This document shows, piece by piece, positions 52,454 through 61,710 of a stretch of 64,000 bases of DNA. Position 1 is the stretch's first letter, and every line of letters starts with the position of its first letter. Both the position numbers and the translations under genes were made by a program. This stretch comes from Pelagomonas calceolata (lineage: Eukaryota). The stretch is from the NCBI GenBank assembly GCA_918797485.1, contig CAKKNE010000002.1, positions 3,162,001 through 3,226,000 of the forward strand. The letters run 5' to 3'. The notes under the pieces are model-generated. The model had not been told where the DNA came from. It was given only the letters and a program-made list of their open reading frames with translations, and did no database searches.

Positions 52454-53419
52454 ATGCCAGCACTCATGCTGCGCTCGCTGGCTCTCACAATGGTTTGCTC
52501 TCAGACCACAGCCTGGGTCCGCGCGCCCACGCTGCGACCACCGTCGTCGCGCAACGGTTTCTTAGATGACGCGTTGGACAACGTCAAGTCCGGCCTGGCC
52601 AAGATGTCGCAGACGGCGACGGTCCAGCACGTGCTCGTGCCGAGCCGGACGACGGCGCTCAAGCTGCAGCGCGAGTGCTGGCCCAGTGTTTTGAAATGAA
52701 GCGCCACGCCATCGACGCGACGGGTCCGTCCATCACGCAGGGCGGAGGAGGAGGGCGTGAGCCCCGAGGTCATCGGCCGCCTCGCGCAGCAGTACTCGAC
52801 GTGCGGCTCCGCCCAGAAGACGCCCGACGCCTCGTTCAAGATGCTGCGCGGTCGGCCGGGCGAGCTGACCTTCAAGCGCGGCGAGATGGCCAAGGAGTTC
52901 GAGGACGTCTCTTTTACGGCGCCCGTCGGCAGTTTACAAGTCGTCGACACGCAGTTCGGGTCGCATTTGATTTACATCAACGCGCGCGACGACGCGGACC
53001 CGAAGGTTGGAAGGGGGAAGAAATCCAAAAAGCAGAAGGGCTTCGGCGTGCGGGGCGGCTTCGTTGCGCCGACGCGGACGAGGCCGTCTTCACGTCTCGC
53101 CGCCTCGAAACTACCCCCGCTCGTCGAGAAGCTGCAGTTGTTAGTACCGTTGGGCTTCGTCGCGCAGATCAGTTTTCTGGTTGCGTCAAATCAAATCTCG
53201 GGGCCCGAGAATTTGGAGGAGTACGGCCGCATCGGCACGGAGTACCTGAAGACGAACACCGACTTTTCGGGCCCGCGCGGCGAGGTCATGCGCATCCAAT
53301 CGGAGGCCCAGCAGATCTGGTGGAACAACGTGCTCCGGGACCTCGAGGCGGGCCGGCCGGTCAAGCCGCCCATCACTTCCCCTTACCCGAAATACGAGCT
53401 GTTCAAGGGGGGGAGTTAA
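52454..53419 (+). CDS. Plastid-targeted parvulin (PpiC-type PPIase) with extra C-terminal module; exons 52454-52674 and 52741-53419
   Basis: VQHVLV, LAQQYSTCGS, GELTFKRGEMAKEFE, TQFGSHLI; leader ...SQTTA-W; start is 52454 or 52466. Confidence 0.8.
52675..52740 (+). other. 66-nt GT-AG intron
   Basis: ga|gtgctg...cacgcag|g removes an in-frame stop and joins the parvulin halves; contains CCACGCCATCGACGCGAC. Confidence 0.8.
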
Positions 53420-53571
53420 GTTTTGTGGCTCAATCCTGCCGCCAGTGAGGTTGCGGAAAGGGGGGAGAGAAGTTGAGATGATAGTACGATACGTTTTTAT
53501 CCACAAGGCTTGGTCCGGGGAACGGGAAGGCGGGCGGGAGAGGGAGAGGAAGGGAAGGAAGAGGCTTCTTG

Positions 53572-56500
53572 CTAGCGCGAGCCGCGGAGGCGGCGAGCGG
53601 CGGGCGGCGGCGCGTCGACGACGCGCAGGTCGCCCCACCAGTGGGGGCCCGAGTCGTCTTTGTAGTTCCAGGTGGCGAAGTAGCCGTCGCCGTACGTGTC
53701 GTCGACGGCCTCGGCGCTGCCAAGCACCCAGTCGCCGCGCATGATCTGACACGTGATGCGGTTGCCGACGGCCGAGCCGGAAACCGTGTACCACGTCCCG
53801 GGCTCGAGGGCGAACGCTGGTGCGTAGGAGGCGACCGTCGACCGGCTCCCGTCCTCGCGCAGCACCTCGACCGAGAGCGTCGAATCCGCCTTGCCGTCTC
53901 GTCCCGTGTTGACGGTGCAGCGGTAGCCCGCGCGGGGTTGGTAGCGGAAGGAGTCGTCCCAGTCGTCCGTGACGCGGAGCAGCAGGCCGTAGTCGCGGCG
54001 GATCGAGCCCTCGGACATAATTCGCGCCGAGATCGTCGCGTCGGTTTTGGGGGCCGCCGTCGCGTACGATGAAGAGAAGCGGTCGTCGCCCGACCGCATG
54101 AGGCATCCTTCTTCGTCGTCGTCGTCGCGCGTTGCGCCGAAGGTGAGGGACCCGCTCACGACCGCCATCTTGGTCCCGTCGTCGCGCGCGCAGAGCGAGA
54201 GCGCGCCCGCGGCCGTCGGGGCGGCCGTCGGCATCGCTGACGGTCCCAACGTGGGCTTGGCCGTCGGGTGGACGGTGGGCCGCGGCGTCGGGCGCGGCGT
54301 GGGCCGCGGCGTGGGCGTCGGCGTCGGTTCCGGCGTCGGGCTCGTCGTCGGTTCGGGCGTGGGCTCCGGCGTCGGCCCCGCCGTCGGCGCGGCGACGGGC
54401 TCGCGCGTCGGCGCGGCCGTAGGGACGAATGTCGGTTTGAGCGTGGGCGAGACCGTCGGCGCCGTCGGGTGCGCCGTCGGGCTGGTCGTCGGCGGCGCGA
54501 AGCACGCGACAAGAACTTCGTCGGACGTCGCGTGCTCGGACTCGAGCCCGCCGGGGAACACGGCCCACGCGCGGGCGCGGACCTTGTCGCCGCACGCGAT
54601 GTCGGGCGTCTGCAGCAGGAAGTAGCGCCGGCCGTCGTGGTGGCGCGGGATGTCAAATCCGTACTCGGGCCCGTGCCAGGCGCCTTCTCCATTCACGCGG
54701 TACTCGACCCAGAAGGTCTCTCCATGATCATAATTCCAGTGCAGCAGCATCACGCTGTTCATCTCCGGGGGGCTCACGAGCTGGACATCGGTGAGCGGGT
54801 CGGGGACGGCCGAGGGCGCGTAGGTCGTTTTCATGGAAGGCGCGTAGCTCGGGACGGCGGTCGGTTGAGAAACGGGCGGCGTCGTGTGGTGCGTCGGCGT
54901 GTCGGTCGCGGCCGACGTCGGGCGGTAGGTCGGGGCAGGAAGTGCGTCGGGCGGCACTTGTTGCATCGTCGGCCGCGGCGTCGGTCTCAACGTGGGGTCG
55001 CCGCCGGACACCGTCGGCCGCGGCGTCGGCGCCGGGATCGGTCTCGCGGTCGGTCTTAAAGTCGGCGCCGGGATCGGTCGCGGCGTGGGCCGCACCGTTG
55101 GCGCCGGGAGCGCCGCCACCGTCGGCGATAATGTAGGCGCGCGCGCGCTCGAGAAGACGTGCACCTCGAATCTGCCGAAGTCGCCGCCCTCCATAACCAC
55201 TTCACCGTCGATCCGGAGCTTGTACCAGCCCTCGCCGAAGGCGCAGCAGTTGCCGTCGCCCCAGGCGTCGTAGATCGCCCACCGGTAGGTGCACGCGCCG
55301 CGGGGCAGCGCGACTTCCTGCTCGATGTACGGCTCGTCCGAGTTGAAGGGGCCGCCGGCCTTCTCGCCGGGCCAGTCGCACTCGTCGGCGTCGCCCTCGA
55401 CCAAGTCCAGGGTCCAGGTCGTCTCTTGCGGGTAGTTGTCCGTCTGGATCTCGATGTGTAATCGTAAACGGTTCTCGGTCGGCGCCATGGACGTCGTCGG
55501 TTTCATCGAAGGCGCGGCGGACGTCGGCACTTTGGTGATTGTCGGGGCCGCCGTCGGCGCGCCCTCTACACAACAGTCGACGAACGCCTCGGCATCTACT
55601 AAACCTTTGCCGAGCTTGCCCTCCATGGCGGGGGTGTTCTCCGACGTGATGTCGGCGGCCGTGTCGTACAAACAGTGAAGCAGCTCGGCCTTCGACGCGT
55701 TCGGGTTCGCCGACTTTCCTAAGGCTAAAATGCCGGCGACATGCGGGCACGCCATCGACGTGCCACTTGCCGTGCCGTAGCCTTCGTCGGTCATCGTCGA
55801 CATGACGTCGACGCCCGGCGCGCTGATGTCGACCCACTCGCCGTAGTTAGAGAACGACGCCCGCGTGCCGCCGTTGTCTAGGGCGGCGACGCCGACGACG
55901 CCGTCGTAGCAGCCGGGGTAGTAGCACGCCTCGGAGTTGCTGTTGCCCGCGGCGAAGACCACAATACCGCCCATGTCATTGTAATAATCAATAGCGTCGA
56001 GCACCGCCTGCTCGTAGACGTCGGGCGAGGTGTAGCCCCAACTATTGGATGAGATCTGCGCGCCGTTGTCCGCGCCGTAGACCAAGGCCTCGGCGAAGCC
56101 GCCCGTGTTCGAGTCGCCGAAGCCCAGCGAGATCATGAGCCGCGCGCCGCTGTCAGGAGAGCCGTTCCCGCCGGCGACGCCCGCGACGCCGATGCCGTTG
56201 TTCGTGTCCGCGGCGATGGTGCCGCCACAATGACTGCCGTGCCAGTGGCCGCCCAGTAAATCGTTGCCCGTGTCGTCGGCGTGGTTGTAGCCGTTGCAGT
56301 CGTCGACGTAGCCGTTGCCGTCGTCATCAACACCGTTGCCGCAGATCTCGCCCGGGTTCTGCCAGATGTTCTGCTGGAGGTCCGGATGATTGGTGTCGAT
56401 GCCCGTGTCGAGGACTTGCACGACGACGTCCGGAGAGCCGGTCGTGTGGTTCCACGCACCAAAAAGGTTGGCGACGTCGTAGTGGTGCTGCGAGTCGAGC

Positions 56501-57088
56501 ATGGGGTCGTTCGACGCCGCGGCGAAGAGGCTGATCTTGAGTTCCGCCTCGGCGGCGGACACGGCCGCGCCGAGCGTGTCGTCGTGCGCCGTCAGCGCGG
56601 ACATCTTCTCGAGGGCCGCGACGGTCGCGGCGCCGCCCTCGCTCTCGCACTCGTACCACATGTCGAGGCCTGCGCAGGACGAGCGTTCGGACGTGCGGGC
56701 TTCCTTCACTGATTCGCCGGCGCCAGCGGCGTCTCTGAAATTGATTGTGGGACACTGCGGACGCACCGTGCGCCTTGTGCTGCTTCTCGTGCGTCTTGCT
56801 CGGTCGGAACAGACGGTGCGGGTTCTTACACGCGACGCCGTCGGCAATTTTCCCGGCAATGGCCGCGGCGCCGTCGGCCGAGGCCGCGACCGCGCTGCTG
56901 TCCAGCTTGTAGCGCAGGCGCTTGTTGACCGTGTCGGGCTTGCCCTTGAGATCGTTGATGGTGGCGTCGAGCTTGTCGTGCACCGCCGGAGACATGGCCG
57001 ACGAGCCTCCGAGCAAGGCCAATGCAAAAAGGACGCGCCGCGCGGCTCCTGCAGTGTTTGCAGTGGTTTTTCGATGGTTTGCAGCCAT
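53572..57088 (-). CDS. Secreted subtilisin (S8) protease with PT-repeat linkers and C-terminal beta-sandwich modules; exons 57088-56767 and 56669-53572
   Basis: Catalytic triad VLDTGID, HGSHCGG, GTSMACPHVAG; FAAGN oxyanion Asn; hydrophobic signal LFALALLGGSSA in exon 1. Confidence 0.9.
56670..56766 (-). other. 97-nt GT-AG intron
   Basis: cacg|gtgcgt...tgcgcag|gc joins KQHKAHG to LDMWYE. Confidence 0.75.
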
Positions 57089-57396
57089 TTCTGGTAGGTT
57101 GCGAGCTTATTGGGGGTAGTTTGCGAAGGTGCCAAATTGTGATGTGTTGGAGCTGCCATGATGGTGTTTTCAGGGACCATGCCGGGCAGCCTCGATTTGC
57201 GGCAGAGGCCAGGAAACAAGGCGGTGCGATTTGATTGGGCCTTCTTTTGTAGTATTTCTAAGACCCATATCACTGCTCGGAGATACATAGCACGCTACCC
57301 CAATCACCGTCGACGCGCCCAAGCAACACAAAAAACACCGGGCCGCGCGCGAGAGACCGACATCTGAAACCTAAAGCTTACGACCCCCGTCATAAT

Positions 57397-59166
57397 CTAG
57401 GGCGTCAGGCGCCCCGGGTCGCGCGGGAAGCACGAGGTCTTGCGGATGTTCGTCAAATCCAAAAAGAGCATGACCACCCGCTCCAAGCCGACGCCGCCGC
57501 CGCCGTGCGGGAACGCGCCGAACTTGAACGCATCGGTATAACCCTTGATGGAGTCGGGGTGCGGCCCGCCGTGGCCCGCGTCGCCGTGGCAGTGGTTGAC
57601 CCGCTCCATGAGTAAGGTATGGTCGTGGATGCGCTGCGCCCCGGAGCAGATCTCTTGACCCCGCATGAAGATGTCGTAGCTATTGGACAACTGTTCCGCC
57701 GCGGGTACTTTCTTATAAGTAGCAGGATCCGGCATGGTATAGAACGGTCGGATCGACAGGGGGTACTTGTCCATGATATAAAAGTCGGTATCGTACTTTT
57801 CTAAGATGAGATCGCCCAAGATCTTCTCATTTACCGTAGATAGATCATCAAAAGCGCCCTGTTGTTCTTCGGTGACGCCCGCTTCTCGCAGCAACGCAAT
57901 ACCCTCCGCAAAACTAATTCTGAGAGGCTTATCCAAAAATTTGAACGGCTGGAACGGGTAGACCTGCGATACCAACTCCAGCTCCTTGCCGTACTTATTT
58001 TGTAAAGTACGGAAGATATGGTTGAATAACTTGCCGAACAAATCCAGGACCTCGTAGTAGTGCTCGTAGATGGCCATCTCGAAGTCGAGGCCCGTGAACT
58101 CGCACAAATGCCTCCGCGTGTTGCTGTCCTCCGCGCGGAAGACGGGGCCGATCTCGTACACTCGTTCGAAGTCGGCGCATGCTGAGAGCATCTGCTTGTA
58201 GAGTTGGGGCGACTGGGCTAAGCAGCAGTCCCTTCCAAAGTACTCGAGCTTGAATACCGACGAACCACCTTCTGATGATCCAGCTAACAATTTAGGGGAG
58301 TTGACTCCCGTAAAGCCCTGGTCGTTGAGGTAGGACGCAAATAAGAGAGGTACCGCACTTCGAATGCGCATGATGGCCTGGTTGGCCGGGGTTCGTAGAT
58401 CAATCACCCTATGATTCAAGCGCGTGTCCAACCCAACCGTGACTTCGCCCTCCTTCGGGTCGTTCTCGTTGCGACTCGCGTCGACGATCTGGAACGGCAG
58501 ATCGGGTACGGCTTTGGACACGATAAAGCACTTCTTGATCGCGAGCTCGACAGTCGATTGGGTGGTGGCCGAGACCTGGGCCGATGCTACTGAAGCTTCC
58601 ACATCTACAATAGATTCGGAGGGGATCTTGCCCAGGAACGCGACCATGGCCTTGGGGATGGCCGGGGCGCTTGCGACGCCCTGCACCGTGAAGCAGCCCT
58701 GCCTCAGGACGACGAACGCTAAATTGCCCTTCGCTCTGACAGCATGCACTCTAGCGCGGACCCACACGTCGCTCCCGATCAAATGAGGTCCCACAGCACC
58801 GACGGACGTCCACCGCCGCGCCGTCATGGACGCACTCATACAAACCCCGGGCTCGCCGAAGACGTCGGCCGACGCGGCTTCCGCTTCTTTGGCCTTGGCC
58901 GCGTCCTCGGCCGCCTTCTTCTGCTTGGCTAATATCCTCAATTCTTTTTTGGAGGGGCCTTGCGGCGCCTTGGCCTTCTCCTTCTTCTTTTTTTTATCTA
59001 CAATGGCTAAAGCGTGATTGGGGTCGAGGGCCGTGATCTCCTGCTTGAGTTTCAATAAGCCGGCGACCTCGGCCTTGATCGTGTCGGCGTCGGCTTTGCT
59101 GGTCTTGAGCTCCTTGACCTTGAGGCCTTGCGCGCTGATCTGCTGCTCGAGCTCGGGGACGCCCAT
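57397..59166 (-). CDS. DARS: Cytosolic-type aspartyl-tRNA synthetase with N-terminal WHEP-like domain
   Basis: OB-fold VRARVHAVRAKGNLAF, RVIDLRT, LAQSPQLYKQ, GPVFRAEDSNTRRHLCEF, SGAQRIHD, GGGVGLER, FPRDP. Confidence 0.95.
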   Translation of the reverse strand: MGVPELEQQISAQGLKVKELKTSKADADTIKAEVAGLLKLKQEITALDPNHALAIVDKKKKKEKAKAPQGPSKKELRILAKQKKAAEDAAKAKEAEAASADVFGEPGVCMSASMTARRWTSVGAVGPHLIGSDVWVRARVHAVRAKGNLAFVVLRQGCFTVQGVASAPAIPKAMVAFLGKIPSESIVDVEASVASAQVSATTQSTVELAIKKCFIVSKAVPDLPFQIVDASRNENDPKEGEVTVGLDTRLNHRVIDLRTPANQAIMRIRSAVPLLFASYLNDQGFTGVNSPKLLAGSSEGGSSVFKLEYFGRDCCLAQSPQLYKQMLSACADFERVYEIGPVFRAEDSNTRRHLCEFTGLDFEMAIYEHYYEVLDLFGKLFNHIFRTLQNKYGKELELVSQVYPFQPFKFLDKPLRISFAEGIALLREAGVTEEQQGAFDDLSTVNEKILGDLILEKYDTDFYIMDKYPLSIRPFYTMPDPATYKKVPAAEQLSNSYDIFMRGQEICSGAQRIHDHTLLMERVNHCHGDAGHGGPHPDSIKGYTDAFKFGAFPHGGGGVGLERVVMLFLDLTNIRKTSCFPRDPGRLTP

Positions 59167-59321
59167 GGCTTTGCTGTGGCGTGCTGCTTGAGGTGGTCGC
59201 GTCGGCTAGCGTGCGGTTGCAGCTGTGTTGATGCTGCCTTGTTCTTGCAATCGCCGTGCAGCAATGGCAAGCAAGTGAACGCCCACTCGCTGTGTGTGGC
59301 TCGTCGACGATTTTTGGGAGA

Positions 59322-59343
59322 GCTAGTGTCTTACAACGCTAGG
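59322..59343 (-). promoter_or_regulatory. Upstream CTAG-box motif (22-nt variant)
   Basis: Reverse complement is CCTAGCGTTGTAAGACACTAGC; between divergent AspRS and HAD-ankyrin genes. Confidence 0.65.
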
Positions 59344-59660
59344 GTCGATGTTTCTCCAGCAGTCTTCTTTCGCTGCATCTCAGTGCCGAAAGCACGCATG
59401 GCTCATGCAAGGCCACGGCCCCTGAAGCTTGGACTTTTGGCCACCGCAGTCCGTGATTGATGCCCCATTAATCGGCTGGTGATTGGGTTGCAAACGACAT
59501 AACCTGCGAAGGACGCGAGTTCGATTGCATCTATCGCTGCTGCATATTGGCAGACTTTGGTAGGGAGAGCAGACAGCTCACCACTCAAAGACTCAAACGT
59601 GCGCTGCTTTGATAGGTTGCACGCCACGCATTTGCGACCAGGATCACGCGTTGTGTGTGA

Positions 59661-60818
59661 ATGCGTTCGAAACTCCTGATGATGGCCGCGCGCGGCCTGT
59701 CAACGACAGCACGGCGCCCGCTGCGAGGCGTCGTCTTCGACCTGGACGGCACGCTCACGGTGCCGAACCTGGATTTCAAGGTCATGTACGAGCGCTGCGG
59801 CGTCCCTCAGAACGAGGACATTCTCGAGGCCATCGCGGCGATGCCCGACGCCGAGGCCGCAACAGCCGCGGCGATCGTCGAGGAGATGGAGGAGGAAGGG
59901 CGCCGGACCTTGGAGCTGACGCCGGGCGCGCGGGAGTTCGCCGAGTGGCTGGCGCGGCAGGGCATTCCCACGGCCCTCGTGACGCGCAACACACGCGCAA
60001 CAATCGACCACCTCCACGCGACGCTCTGGAAGGGCCTGCCGCCCTTTTCGCCCGCGATTTCTAGGGATGACACCTACGCGCCCAAGCCGCATCCCGCGGC
60101 GCTCGAGGCCATTTTGAAGACGTGGGAGATCGCTGATCCGGCCGAGGTTGTGATGGTCGGGGACTCGCCGGCGAACGACGTGGTCTTCGGGAAGAAAGCG
60201 GGCGTGGCGACGGCGCTCGTCGACTCCGGAAGACGGTTTGTAGAAGGTGGCTCCGACGAAGGCGCTTCCATGGTAGTGGAGAACATCGCGGCCTTGGCCG
60301 CCGGCTTCCACGAGCGCTTCGAGCTCCCGAAGGCGGGCCCGCTTCAGAAGTACGACGTCCCTTCTCCTAGTTCGGACGCGGGGAAGGCGGCGGTTGCTGG
60401 GGACCTGGCCCGCCTCGAGGCCTGCGCCGACGTCTCTCTTCCCGACGCCTCGGGGAACACGCCGCTCATCTGGGCGGCCGACAGCGGGGCCGCCGACGTT
60501 ATTCCTTACTTGCGGGACCGCTGCGACGTGAATCACCGCGGCTATCTTGGTGCAACTGCTGTGTGTCGCGCGGCCCGCAAGGGCCATCTCGACGTTTTAC
60601 AATTATTGCTCAAGGCGGACGTAGACGTTAATCTACCGAATGACAAGATGCAGTCGCCGTTGCACTTCGCAGCCTTCAAGCAGAACCGCGCTTGCGTGGA
60701 TGCGCTGCTCGCCGCCGGTGCGTCGACGTACGTCCTCGACCGCAAGGGCCGCACGCCGGCGGAAGACACAAGTGACGAAGAGATCCGCGCGGCCATCCTG
60801 GATGGCCGCGCTAGCTAG
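59661..60818 (+). CDS. HAD-superfamily hydrolase fused to ankyrin repeats
   Basis: VFDLDGTL, VTRN, KPHP, MVGDS; GNTPLIWAA, GATAVCRAA, QSPLHFAA, GRTPA ankyrin units. Confidence 0.9.
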   Translation: MRSKLLMMAARGLSTTARRPLRGVVFDLDGTLTVPNLDFKVMYERCGVPQNEDILEAIAAMPDAEAATAAAIVEEMEEEGRRTLELTPGAREFAEWLARQGIPTALVTRNTRATIDHLHATLWKGLPPFSPAISRDDTYAPKPHPAALEAILKTWEIADPAEVVMVGDSPANDVVFGKKAGVATALVDSGRRFVEGGSDEGASMVVENIAALAAGFHERFELPKAGPLQKYDVPSPSSDAGKAAVAGDLARLEACADVSLPDASGNTPLIWAADSGAADVIPYLRDRCDVNHRGYLGATAVCRAARKGHLDVLQLLLKADVDVNLPNDKMQSPLHFAAFKQNRACVDALLAAGASTYVLDRKGRTPAEDTSDEEIRAAILDGRAS

Positions 60819-60840
60819 TGTTGTAATATGCAAAAAGTTA

Positions 60841-61497
60841 CTACGCGTGCAGCGCCGCGAGCTTCTCGTTGAGCGACTTCAGGAGCCCGCTCTCCGTCTC
60901 GAGGGCGGCCCTCAACTCCGTGACGATGCCCTCGGCCTCCTTGGCGATCCTGGCGAGGTCCTCCGGGGTCGTCGCGGCGGCCGCCGGCGCCGCCGGCGCC
61001 GGCGACGCGGCGGCCTCGGTCGCCGACATGGCCGGCGTCTTATCCTCCTCGACGGGCTCGACGGTCGCCGCCGCCGCTGCCTCGGCTTTCTTCGCGGCCC
61101 GTGCGGCCTTTCGCTCCTCCTTGGTCGATCCGTCGGACGCTGCGGTCTCAGAGACGGGCTCGACCGTCGCGGCGGCCGGCGCCGCGGCTGCGGCCGGCGC
61201 GGCCGCTGTGGCCGCCGGCGCCGCGGCCGTGGCCGCCGGCGCCGCCGGTGCCGCCGCGGCGGCGGCCTTGGCCTTCTCGGCCTCGGCGAGCATGGCCTTG
61301 GCTTTTTCCATAGCGGCGGCAGCTTCAGCCATGGCCTTCTCGCGCTGCGCCTCCTCCTGCTTTTTTAAGTCGGCCGCCTCGTCCTCGGGGACCAAATTCA
61401 CCTCCTGGAGCGTGCGGCCTCGGCTGCGCGTTGCTCTCAGGTTGTCCGCATGGGAGAGGCTGAGGGCCAATGCTACGACGAGCTTGCGCAGCATCAT
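60841..61497 (-). CDS. Secreted Ala/Glu/Lys-rich protein
   Basis: Signal peptide MMLRKLVVALALSLSHA, an NLRA...RTL propeptide-like stretch and a coiled-coil end. Confidence 0.6.
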   Translation of the reverse strand: MMLRKLVVALALSLSHADNLRATRSRGRTLQEVNLVPEDEAADLKKQEEAQREKAMAEAAAAMEKAKAMLAEAEKAKAAAAAAPAAPAATAAAPAATAAAPAAAAAPAAATVEPVSETAASDGSTKEERKAARAAKKAEAAAAATVEPVEEDKTPAMSATEAAASPAPAAPAAAATTPEDLARIAKEAEGIVTELRAALETESGLLKSLNEKLAALHA

Positions 61498-61710
61498 CGA
61501 CGGTCGCTCGCGAGGCCGGGGCTATGGGATGATGCGGGGGCAGCTTTTAAAGCCGTGGGAGCGCACGGTGTTGGTTGCAGGAGATGCACAAAAATTATTT
61601 TGTGTCCAGCAAGTGATCGAGAGGCCGCCTAGCAGGCGCTCTGCTTAGCCGCGTCTGTCACTCTGCGGTGGTAAGTATCCAAATAATCACAGATTACACA
61701 CAGAATAAAA

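Noticed and set aside
53455..53565. Purine-rich G-run tract, possible G-quadruplex
   Set aside because: Low-complexity 3'-UTR sequence with no further support.
54200..55150. CCGACG-type tandem repeats
   Set aside because: They encode the Pro-Thr linkers of the subtilase and are not independent elements.
57089..57288. N-terminal extension of the 1238-aa ORF (53572-57288)
   Set aside because: That frame has no signal peptide; the better model uses ATG 57088 in another frame plus the 97-nt intron.
61626..61650. Possible motif copy upstream of the Ala-rich secreted protein
   Set aside because: Only CTAGC and TTAGC match; the AGACAC core is absent.
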